Shown here piece after piece: positions 52,344-64,000 of a stretch of 64,000 bases of DNA; positions within the stretch are counted from its first letter, which is position 1, and the number at the start of each line of letters is the position of its first letter. Position numbers and translations under genes: made by a program. Location of the stretch: NCBI GenBank assembly GCA_053919585.1, contig CM132788.1. One strand, written 5' to 3'. The notes below the pieces were generated by a model. That model worked only from the letters and a program-made list of their open reading frames with translations, ran no database searches and was not told the DNA's origin. Source of the stretch: Euprymna scolopes. Its lineage: Eukaryota.

Positions 52344-53793
52344 TTTAAAAGACCTGCAATAGAGATGGACAGTATGAATTGTCAGATAATAAATAAAATG
52401 TCATAACTTCGTGAATATTGCAGGAATTTGAACACAATTTTGGGAAATAATTAACAATTGAAACAGTCATTTGATGGTACAATTTTCAATTATTTTATAG
52501 TGATGCATGTTTAGTGAAATATTGATATTTTAATGAACTGCAATGAAGCAATTGACGCAGTTTCTATTTCTATCTAAAGGTCTCATGTGAATATTTCATT
52601 GAAATATTAATGTAATTTCATAAGTTATAAAAATTATAATCTAATTTATAACACTCTTACAAGTTCTTAAAATGCATATCGGCCGTAAAATGCAAATCGG
52701 CTCGAGACCGATGAACTGATTCAACGTTTGTGGATCGTTCTTTTATTAGATTTTCGTCTGTAAATATAGCTGCTAAAACGTGACATCTACAACAAACTGA
52801 GACTATGCAGGCGTATACGGGCGATAAATACTTATTAGGTGTTCGCGGAAGAGCATTCCGCTATTTTACGCCATCTCTTCGCTTTTATCTCTGATGAAAA
52901 ATAATATAAATATAACTTGTGTCAATGCAAGGCTCGTGTGTAAAGAACCAATTATGTTTATACAACCTAGAGGTATGCGTTGTAACGTCTAATAAAAAAC
53001 CTTTTATGAAACCACTCTCATGACATCATAAGTAGGTAATATATATTGTATGTATTATAAATTACCTTGGTTTAGTATCTTCTATGTACTTTTTATCTAG
53101 CTACATACATAAATAACACCTTACCACAAAATCAAGTTTCATTTAACCTACATATATATACCAACTCTGGCACGTGATTTTTTTCATCCACTAAAATCTT
53201 CTGTATCTCTTCGTATAATTCTTTCTGATTGTTAATGGCAGTTCAACTTAATACATACTCATTTATACAGATATTTTTCCGAAATGTGAAAAGCTAAATA
53301 AATCAGTTGCTATTAAATTTAGATCTATTGACTTTAAAATGTCTATTAATTTATTGATTAATTTCGCGAGAATGTTTTTTCCTTTGAAGACACTGCTATT
53401 TTGTAATCTATAAATAACCGTATGTTTGGCGATGAATAATGATGAGTCACTCGAATGAGTTTATCGCAAGTTTCATCGGCAATCACCTGAAGTAGTTTGG
53501 TACGAGGCGTTACATTATGTTCTTTATAGGCAGTCACATATTAGCTCAGGTAAAATAATACATTTATAAACGTTTAAAGCACTAAACTATCTATAGGTAC
53601 TAGCTCTTGTCTTACAATTTAACTTTCGGTCTGTGCCGATCTGTTCTTTTACGCTATTGAATTTGTCATCGATGACTGTGGTAAAATGCATTTTCTATAC
53701 AACTTGCTTTGCCGATGTTAGGAATTAGAAACATGGAATGAGTAAAAATTAACTTACTATGAATATCGTTGAACCTTTGCAAAGTTATAGTTA

Positions 53794-54680
53794 CATATCT
53801 CTTGTGTTCTTAGCATCTTTCAGGTCTTTCTTTCTTATAATAACATGGTCAAGATGATGGGCTCCCTTTGACTTGGAATATTTCAAGAGATACTTATTAT
53901 TTTTTTCTGAATGGTGGAAGTAAGTGTTCGTAGTTGCCATCACAACATCCGTGCACAAGCAGAGCAGCATTTCTCCATTTAAGTTTTATTTCCGAGAACA
54001 GAGATCCATGTACTGTAGTCCTTGCTTATTATGATATTGAAGTAACCGAAGAGAACTAGCTTATCCGCTGCAAGGACGTTTGCTACGATGACTTTAAGAA
54101 GAGAGTGAAAAAAAAACTAATTTTCCTCGTCTGGGACGTAAACGTTGATTATGGTGATGTTATGTTTATTAGACGTGATCATTCGCAGTGTTATTATCCT
54201 TTCGGAGACTCTGCAAGGGCTCTCTCTTATTCAGTTGGTAAGGTAATTTTTGACCACCAAAGCGACTACAACTCTTTTAGTTCATCCTCAGGATATACGT
54301 TTCAAATGTAGGTTGTTACTGCTTCTCTCAGTTTGCGCTTCCTATGTAGTCTTATGTTCTACAATGCGGCTATGTCAATATTTGTATTCTCGAGCTCCGG
54401 GCCAATGAGTGCTGTTCTTCTATGTAGTCTGTCACATGCGTCTGTATAGAGCATGGTACCGACTTTCTATGTAGCGATGTTAAATCTTTGAGTGTTCTAA
54501 TTTCTTCTGTTGTTACCGCTGGATTCGAGATCTACTGCCAGTAGTTAGAGTGTCAGATAGTCTTTTGATGAGTTTTGTCTACCTCACCTTTTATAGAGAC
54601 GTCCCCTTCCAGTGAAATCAGTGATATCCATGAACAGAGCTCCTTCATAGTTCGTGCAGCTGCAACGGGTTATCACTACT
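53794..54680 (-). mobile_element. Inverted 5' part (5' UTR + APE endonuclease) of an RTE LINE
   Basis: Minus strand reads FNIAT*KVGTM..RRTALIGPELENTNIDIAAL, LFGYFN (GDFN), TNTYF and HHLDHVIIRKKDLKDAKNTRDM. Confidence 0.9.
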
Positions 54681-56966
54681 ATGCGAGGACCGGATTGCCA
54701 AACAGTCCACTACCTAATGAAGACTACCTTGAAGTTCACGATAAAAACTGCGTACAGCAGAGCGACTCCAAAGCGAAAGAGAACGCTAGACAAATACAAA
54801 GCTAAGAGATAGAACATAACAAGGTAGACTACAGCTTGCATTGGAAGAAATCACTGATGATTTTGATTCACCGAAACAAACGTGGGACTCGCTAAGTAGG
54901 TCTGTATTCTTCGATGTGACACAGGAACTTGGCAACCAAGAGAAGCGGAATGTGAGCTATTTTAACGAGAATTACCAAGAAATTAAAGATGCAATATATG
55001 AAAAAAAAAACGAACGTTAAATTAAAAAATATGTAACCTAACTAGAGCAAACAAGAAGAAGCTGAAAAAGTGAGGGCAGAAGTCAAGAAAAAGCTAGGAT
55101 AAATGGAAGACATATAGTGGCTGAAATAAGCTAAACATATTCAGAAGCAAGAAGTAGAAAACCATTATTAAGGTTTCTTCAAGGAACTGAAGGAAGTGTA
55201 TGGTCACAGCGCCCAGATGACTAAGACCCTCTTATCAGATGATGGAAACGCTACATTATTCTACCAAAAAGATGGTAAGAGTACATCGGCAACCTACAAA
55301 TTAACCAATCTCCAGGAATTAAAGATATACTAGCTAAAGTAGAGAAATTCGACGGAGAAAGATATTAAGGAAAATTCACCTAGTAATAGAAAAATGCTTG
55401 CAACAAGGAACGCTGCTACAAAGATTCAAAGATCCTATGATCAACTACAATCTATAAAACAAAGGTTACCACAAGCACTGCAACAACTACCGAGATATAT
55501 CTTCGCCAACCATTGGATGGAAAATAATAACGAAAGTAGTACAAGCTCTGCTAGCAAGACTAGCAGAAAGGGTCCTAATCGAATAGCAGATCCAATAAAA
55601 AGCCATTGAAAAGTACTGGCAGTTCTACATATTTTTTTAGACTTCCACAAAACATTTCATAAAGTTGACAAAAAAATTCCGTGGAATGTCCTTAAAGTTT
55701 TCGGATGCCCCGATCACTTCGTTGGAAATATCTAATAATTGCCTGAAGGAGGAAGGGGTAGCTGTAGTAGGGAACTTACAAAGCAAAATCTTGGAAGTAA
55801 ACCATTGCACCATAGAAGGGTGCATACTGTCTCCAACACTGTTCACACTATAACTGACAACCGTACTAATGCTGCTTCATTAAAACATCGAATAAAGTGT
55901 ATGCACGTGTTCCGACGGAAAAAAAGTTCAACTTGCAAGACTAAAACCCGAGACAAAGACCAGAAAAGAGCTGATTACAGAACGGTTGTTTGCAGTCGAC
56001 GCTGCTCTGATAGCTCACAATCAAGCTCAGATGCTAAGGATAGTTGATTCCTTCTCTCTAACCGTCAGGGAGATCGGCCTACACATCAATGTAGGGAAGA
56101 CAAAAATGATGCATTAGCCCTCACCAGATAAAACACATCCCAAAAGTTTATAAAAACAATAACGCCGTGGTGCTTAAAGTTGTTGAACACATCAAATATT
56201 CTGAAGCACTCTAACCACTGACAATCATGCTGCCAAAGAAATAAGTTGCTGAATCCAAAGCGTGTGTGCCTCCTTTGGTAAACCAGAACAGCGGCTTTGG
56301 ATAAGGACCGGTATCCGGCTAGACACAAAGTGCAAGGTCTACAAAACCGTCGTTCTGCTATCCTTGCTGTACTTAATAGGGGCATGCACTTTGTATTAAG
56401 AACTCAAAGGTGACTGAACGAGGCACAGCAGTGACACCTGAGAAAGATAATACAAATCAAACAGAATGACTACGTATGAAACGCGGACGTGCTCAGGTAA
56501 GCAAACCTAGACAATGTGGAAGCTACCCTTGCTACTAAGAAACTATGATATAGCAGACATTTGCCAAAATGGCAGACAACCGAATCCCAAATATGATCTT
56601 CTACACCAAACTTGCAAGAAGGTTCGCTAGAAAATGTAACAAAGGGTGTTTGGTGGCGATGAACATCAATGTCGAGAGTTGAGAGGAACAATAGAAAAAT
56701 GCAGCAGCTGGCGGAACAGTCTCAGCAAATAGAAGGAAGAAATAGAGAAAGAGATTTAAGAAGTCTTAGAGCTAAGAGACTATCGACGACACAACCCCGG
56801 CACCTTAAAAAGCTGTGCCTGTGACTGGACGCTTCACACAGAAATAGGACTGCACCAGCACCAAAGGACAAAGCAAGGAAGACCCGACTAGTCATCGTCA
56901 CGACTGATGGACTGCATGATGATGATGATGATGATGATGATGACTATGGTGATGATGATGATGATG
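54681..56966 (+). mobile_element. RTE (BovB-like) LINE 3' part: end of EN, RT, C-terminus and (GAT)n tail; defective
   Basis: MRGPDCQTVHYL (MRGADCWTDH), FLDFHKTFHKVD, GCPD, EGCILSPTLF, LFAVDAAL (FADD) and GLHINVGKTK. Ends in GATGAT repeats. Confidence 0.92.
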
Positions 56967-59879
56967 TAATAACATGTTTACACATGCGCAACGCTGTATA
57001 CGAAGTATTACAGAGAAACAAAGAAATTTAAAGAGATACCGTATTTCTAGGTTGAATAAAATAAATTTATGCATGATACATCCTAAACTACACAAAGTAG
57101 CTTGTTCAGATAGACTTTTCGTTTACTATGTAGTAAACAAAATATCGTCTTGTCGAATATGTGTGTTATCTCCTTCCGCGACGCGTCTGTTTTTCAGACA
57201 AGAAAGAGGTGACAAAATTTCGAGTGAACTAAGAACTTCATTTTATTAATGAGCAATGTATAATAGTGAATCAATCAGAATTTGTAGGTGATGCGCCTTT
57301 GAAAATCCAATCTTACTGAATGAAAGATAACTGCATATATCTAAAGTAAAAATTGAAGTAATTTAAATACTATTGCAACTATTACTGGCATTTTGGAAAA
57401 CACCTTTTGAATCGTTGATATCCGTAAAAATTAATTTTTACATTGAGTGAGCAAATGAAAGCATTTTCGACAATTAGAGTAAAAGGTGTGCCTATACAAC
57501 AAGACATTCACTAATTGTCTGCACGGAACGTTATACAATGCAAAAGTGTATTTCGAATTTGCAATTTAAAAAATAAAAATAAAAAATCTACGACAATTTC
57601 GGACACGCTGACATGAAGAGAACAGAAGAATTTAAATCTCGCATCTGTAGTACACTTCCCCAACAGAGCTGGAACGAATTCAATCCGATTCTTTCAAAAA
57701 CAAACTTTACCGTAATATTATTGCTAAATATAAATATCCAAAGTATTCAATTGACATTTTTTGTAAACTTACCTCATTCGTGCAGCTGTTNNNNNNNNNN
57801 NNNNNNNNNNNNNNNNNNNNNNNNNNNNNNNNNNNNNNNNNNNNNNNNNNNNNNNNNNNNNNNNNNNNNNNNNNNNNNNNNNNNNNNNNNNNNNNNNNNN
57901 NNNNNNNNNNNNNNNNNNNNNNNNNNNNNNNNNNNNNAATATATGTATTAATGTACATATCTAAATTATAAATGATGTTTTTATCTATTTACGGAAACGC
58001 TTTATCTAATAGTGCGTGTTCGCCACTCGAAAACTACTCAGTTGCCGTTGCTTAACAACAAAGACGTCAGCATCTTTGGCTTGCGATTTTCCAACACACA
58101 AATACTATTCATTGATTCTTTTTAACCTTTTGTTTATTTTCTTCAAGATAGATTTGAACACCCCTTACCAGAATACTACTCTTGGGAAATATACCTAAAT
58201 CAAAATGTTGCTATGCAGTATGGTTTTATAGCAGGAATATCCAACAGTTTATAATAGTCGTCAAATAGACAAAAACAATCGCTAATTGAACTTGAACTGT
58301 CAAATGAGTTAACGGGTTGAGGCGAATGTATCATTTAGTGAAATCAAACTATTCTAATTATTTTCGATTAATAAAAGAAAGTACTTTGCATGGTGTGTTT
58401 CCTTATCAAAATACGAAGTGTAAAAGCGATTAGATGCTATCAAACGTATATTTCGAATTATTAATACAACAGAACACAAGACGGATAGATATAATTATTG
58501 CACATTTTAAGGGATAACAAATCTTAACTTATGTTTGCAAAAGATATTGACTGCCTTATTGTAACGGATACTAGACTCATTTTTTATATTTAGAATGTGA
58601 TTCCAAACATTTTGATTAGCAATTTTATCCAAAAACTTTATTCGATATGAATGTGTTAAGTTCTATAGAAGCTCAGATGCGACAACAATTATCGACTTGT
58701 AAATGATAAACAGGATAGGAATGCTAGTTTAATAATTCAAACAATGCTGATATCACTTGCTTGTTATTTTTGTATATTTATTTCTAATAGCATAACAGTT
58801 AATGATCTTCTCTTTACATTTCATAAACGAAATTATTGTTTTAATGAATGGATTTTTTAAATATTTTAATGAGAATGACGGGGCATAGTAGTCGTAGCTA
58901 TTTAATATGGTAAACTTTATATGTGCAATTTTCAGAAATCTATTGCTTCTCAATTGGATGCTAATATTTTAACCAATAATTTATTTTAATATGGCAGCAA
59001 TAAAATAACCACATAAAATTAATTGTTATGTTAATCATGAATGTCAGAGGGTGGTCTAAAGGAAATTAAGACTTTTTTTTAAATCGTCAAACACCATGTA
59101 TTTACAGTAATATCCTCACCGCTCGTGTATATTTACACATAGAGGCAGATAGAATAAACATGTAGTATTTTTCAACAAACGAATCATCTTTTATCAAGGT
59201 CAGAAGAAAACGCTAATATAAAAGCTAATAAGTATGTGGCAACTGCGATAATACTTTAGTGATCGTTGGCGAAAATATGCACGAATTGATTATTTCAGTG
59301 ATGGATAAATCAAGACATGGTTGTCTTGCAGTCAGCTGGAACATGGTTCCACATGCGTAAAATTGAGAAAAGAACTTTTTTTAATGTAATCTGCGTTCGG
59401 AGTTAGGTAGAGAAAGTGTTTAAAATACATTCGCGTTAGAATATTTTGGTAATAGTTTTCAAAATTGGCAATATTATTGAAACAAAAACATTTTCAGACA
59501 ATTACTTTGATACTGCTTCAGTCTGTTTTGTGTATTACTTATAATATATATTTTCGTCACATTTTTTTATTTTTCAAGTAAAAACACTTACCTTCTCTCA
59601 ATGTTACTAGTCATACAAATATATTGCATATGTAACGATATATTTTAACACGAAGTATTTCTTGCAATTTTGTGTAATTATCACGTTGGTTCGTTCATAT
59701 CAAATTGGTTAGATATACAATATTTGTAATTTTTAGAAATTATTTCTTTAATAAAAGAATTTAACCTATATTTATTTTCAATTTAATCTATGAATAATAA
59801 AATCTATGCACAAAGGCATTTCACAAAATAAACGCTGTCATGTATTATCAGTTTATCAAAACTTAAACAAAAACACTTT

Positions 59880-62800
59880 TGGTAAATAAAATAATAAACG
59901 ATTTGAATGTAAGATGGGTTATTGCGTATGCCACTTCATCATAACAAGCATCAGCATCAGAGTCATTATCATCACCAGAGTCGTCTTTCTCAATTTTATA
60001 ACATGCATATTTTGCACACTTGCACATATTTGTGCACATATTTATGTTTTGTAAACATGTATATTTTTACATGAACTTCTTTTACACGTAGCAGAACTGT
60101 TAATTAAATCTATTAAACTTTGTGCAGCAGGAAGCAGTTCATTCAAAGGATTACTAAATCTCTATTTTTTATCTTCCATGTATGACACTCAGAGAACGGT
60201 ATATCTTGATGTGCATGGTGGCTCATTTTATAGACACGTGAAAAATAGAAATAGATGAACATTGTGTATTTTATTTAATTATTTTGCACTATTATCCACA
60301 TCTTTTAGTTGTTTTCATGACGTTTAGGTCAATTACACCCCTGGTTTATCCAGGTTTACCACGACGTGATAACAATGTCGAATCTTCCAATTACATCCAC
60401 AGAAAGTAGTTCTTGTCACCACGGTTTGACCAACGAATCCTCCGACTAAGTTTAAGTGAGAATTATTATTGAAAAAATTTCACGAGATTCAATCACAAAC
60501 ACACAACTTTATTAGTAAAAATGACTTTTCTACACACATTTTATGACGGATATATGTTTATTAGATATACATTTATAATGAAAGCAAATATTTTATATTT
60601 TCTTATAAACAACTAAAAATTAAAAGTCTATGTATAATGTTTAAAAATCTAATATTAATATTAAATATTATTGAGAAAACATACCTGTTTGATAGCTCGC
60701 TTGATGTGTTTACTAAGAGAATCTTGATTTTGAGGCATGGTGATTTCTAATTTTTATTCTAATCTAAACATATTGTATATGAATTCATCAAGACTTGAGC
60801 CATTCTGTTGGCTATACAAGTCACAAGCATCTCAAATAATATTGCTGTGTCCGGTTTGACATAAAATTAATTACCAAGCATGTGAGATGTGTAACAAAAC
60901 TCATTATCTCTTAGTAATAAACAAAGTGTTTTCTTGTTTCCCTTTCCGTAAAAAACTAACGCACACTATCACATCTAATAAAGCAATGTAAATAAGCCAA
61001 GGCTTGGCTGATGGAATCTCCAATGCTGTTTTTTTATTATCTTTATATCTATTATTCGCATTTTTTTCTTTACATCCGTGGAAGTACAAATGCGCTCGCA
61101 TAAGATTTTGCAAAGCTAATCCCATTGCTAATACATCTGCATCAGAACTCCAGATAATAACATCAGCAAAAGTCGTGGCTGCAATGGAGGCATGTGAATA
61201 AATCCGTGTATCCGCATCTTCTAGTGAGCTACTAAGGCTTGTTTCTTCTAGTCCGATGACCATGTCTCTTGCCTCTTTTAGTAAAGAGGCAAGTTCTTTG
61301 AAAAAATAAAATGGTTTGTTATTTATCAAAAACTCCTTCACTTTCATTAGCTCTCATTAAGAAACATAAGAACATGTTCATTAAGGAATTCTAATAAATA
61401 TTATTCAATCACTTCATTTGAAAGAAATTTATTTGATATCTGAGAGAGGAGGTGGTCATTAATTCTAATGTTATTACAGGGATCTGCTTATGTGTGTCGG
61501 TAACAACGTGACTTCCTTTAAAAAATCTTCGATTTGAGCCTGTTTACTAAACTTTTAAAACCAACAAGTTCAAAATTAAGAAATCCTTTCTTTCCTTGTA
61601 ATTTATTTACATTTATGTGGTGTATAAGAGACATTTACTATAACTCAGCTTCTAAATGATACTCAATAATAGGATTGCTTGGATGACTTTCCGAAGCATG
61701 AATCCATTTTGCTTTATTAGTTTTAACCAGCGACACTTGTGAATTTGAAGGAGACACTGGTAATAGATCCAGGGAATATGATAATAATTATTGACAATTA
61801 ATATTCTGGAGTCTACTCATCACAAGCACTCGTGCTAGGAGATCTATATCTGCTTCCAAAGTTATATTTTTTCCATGGATATTGTGCGGTTTAATTCATT
61901 TTCTTCATCGGGGCACAAAAATCGACTTCTTCCGTTTGTAGACGCTTCTCACAGAAATGTTCAAATTCGGATTCGCCCCTTGCTTTAGAAAATTACAAAC
62001 CATGTTAAACATATTTAATTTTACATAGGCATTATCACTTATTAAGGCAGAGAGACCACTTGAGTATAAGGGTTAAAGAGTGTACAGTAGAAATCGGACA
62101 ATGTAGTAATCGTTAGTAAGAGAACTTCGGTAAATTTGTTAACTTATATGGAACGGCTCATCAAAAACTAGTTTACGTTAGACTTGGAGTCAGCTGGAAA
62201 GCAGGAAAACGAAAGACAAATACATAGGCGTGCAGTTCTAAGTAGAAGCTTTGTTCATGGAATCTATGTTTAGGTTTAGTCACAGATAAAGTGTGGGGGG
62301 AATTAGTGATATTGTTTTCTGCTTGACGGGTTTTTCTTATGAAAGTTTGGCGAGGGGGATCATAGATTGGAACTAAGCCTAGCACTTGCCATGAAAATAA
62401 CGATAAAGCAAGGACAAACTCGCAACATCTCTTTTTGTGAGAAAGATGTTGCAGGGAAGAGAAAAAGACATCCCTTACGAGGCTACGAAGTCTATTTCGA
62501 ACTCTATCAAGGCAGGACAAGTCCTTTCTAGCAGCTCCTGCCCAAATGTGGCAAGAGTACTCCATCTTTGGGCGTACCTGGCTCTTATATAGATATACAA
62601 TTGTATCAGCAGTGAGATATCTACTGGATGGATAGAAGGACCCCCCCATTTTTCTAGCGGCCTTGGGAACGCATTTAATGTATGTGTTCTATTTAAAATC
62701 AGGAGTAAAGTTCAATCCCAGAAGATTGTCAAAAGATGAGTTGCAATTAATCCTTACGCAATATGGATAAACTCAGATTGTTCATAATCAATATCTTTAC

Positions 62801-63900
62801 TTTTAGAATAACGATTAGAAGTCTGCTGAATAGTTTGATCACAGGAAATTTTGGTAAAAGCATTTGAGCAAAATCTTCTTCTACGCATTATTTATATATC
62901 AGTGAATGAGTAGTAAAAAGATTGTACATCTCCAACTAATAAACTGCAAGACACCTGCTCAAGTTAACACGGTCATATGTAAAAACTCAAGATAGCATCT
63001 GTCAAACACTTGTCAACTGAAGTTCCAAATTTTACTCTAGAATACCTCAAAGAAAAAAGTGAGAATTTCTGCTATGTGGATATATTAACTCCAGAATTCA
63101 AAGCTATCTTTTGGGTATCACCTTGTATAAACTCTTCATCTGATAATATGATTTTTTGTAAATTTTCACTTTTGAGAATCTCTTCTATACTGAAGTCCTA
63201 CACATGACAAACATGTCTTTAACTGTTCTCCTGTTTCTGCCATTTCTTCAGGAACCTTTTCTGAATAGATTGCCATGATGCATTGTTCAGTTACTAAAAT
63301 ATGGGGTCCCACTGATTTATTGAAGTGTATCCCTGTAAAACTACATTAATTGAACATACATGAACAATTTGTGATCCAATAAGAATATCTTAAAGCCCGG
63401 CATCTCAGGAAACGCTTTACAAACACACAAGAACTGTATAGCAGGTGAAAAACTAATCTCTTTATAGAATATGGATTTTCGCATCTGATCAAATGTGCCT
63501 TTGAAGAGATTGTAATTGCAACTTTCTATAACTTGTCTTTCGATTTTTGGATTCTCATTATTTCCTTGTTTACAATAATTCGCGTTTGCGCCAAGTTGGC
63601 AAATACCTCAAATGTTTTACCGTATAGCGTTTGCTCAGTTTGTGAGGTTTTATGTTGGTTAAGCCAAGTATCGAGTGAAGTCACGTTAGCATGAGTTATA
63701 GTATTTCATCTCGATTGCTACAATTATTATTTTTTTTATTTGTATGAGAATTGTTTTATTTTAATCTTCTTCAACTTCTCGTTTAATTCTATATAGCACA
63801 TGTCACAATTTTCCCTGGTTCTTTTGCAAGATCTTTCGCACAATATCTTTTTTTATTTCTGTCACAATATACAAACATTTCGCAAAATATACTTTGATCT
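59880..63900 (-). mobile_element. AcademX-like DNA transposon (transposase + XPG-like nuclease + Cys-rich tail), decayed
   Basis: Ordered minus-strand motifs EMKYYNSC, GIHFNKSV, FFTYDRVNLSR, CDQTIQQT, EDADTRIYSHA..SSDADV, HCFIRCDSV..KGK, KHIKRA and MCTNMCKC plus an acidic tail. Apparent intron donor at ~60685. Termini not resolved. Confidence 0.8.
62021..62748 (-). mobile_element. CR1-group LINE 3' fragment (family B) nested in the Academ element
   Basis: YLYKSQVRPKMEYSCHIWAGA motif and conserved tail. Possible ATTAA TSD. Confidence 0.92.
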
Positions 63901-64000
63901 AACTAACAAAAATGACTGGTTAAAATTAATTAAAATTATTCAATCATGATTTGATAAAAGAAACACATTTGACTAATATGTTATTCTTTGTAGAGTTTAG

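Noticed and set aside
56898-57095. Poly-His ORF
   Set aside because: Antisense reading of the RTE (GAT)n tail.

Overview
AT-rich eukaryotic (metazoan) genomic DNA from a draft assembly with eight N-gaps and many (TA)n microsatellites. It is not prokaryotic, and I found no rRNA, tRNA, CRISPR array or operon. Much of the window is a graveyard of decayed transposable elements. DNA transposons: a full-length mariner with TA TSD, a Tc1, a Merlin remnant, an AcademX-like (XPG + CXC) element, hAT-like ends and several fold-back MITEs. Retroelements: about nine CR1-group LINE pieces (one near full-length ORF2), an RTE LINE with an inverted 5' third, R4/Dong and Tx1 fragments, and Penelope-like remnants. 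The only likely host coding sequence is a plus-strand spliced gene missed by the ORF track: phase-compatible exons at 18375-18504 and 18842-19048, probably also 15410-15557, and speculatively 9180-9354 and 9980-10066. Its product is unrecognised. The TE repertoire is reminiscent of coleoid cephalopod genomes, but that is only an inference. All family calls rest on motif recognition by eye, not database searches. I found no clearly new biological system; the best leads are the orphan gene and several unusual retroelement rearrangements.
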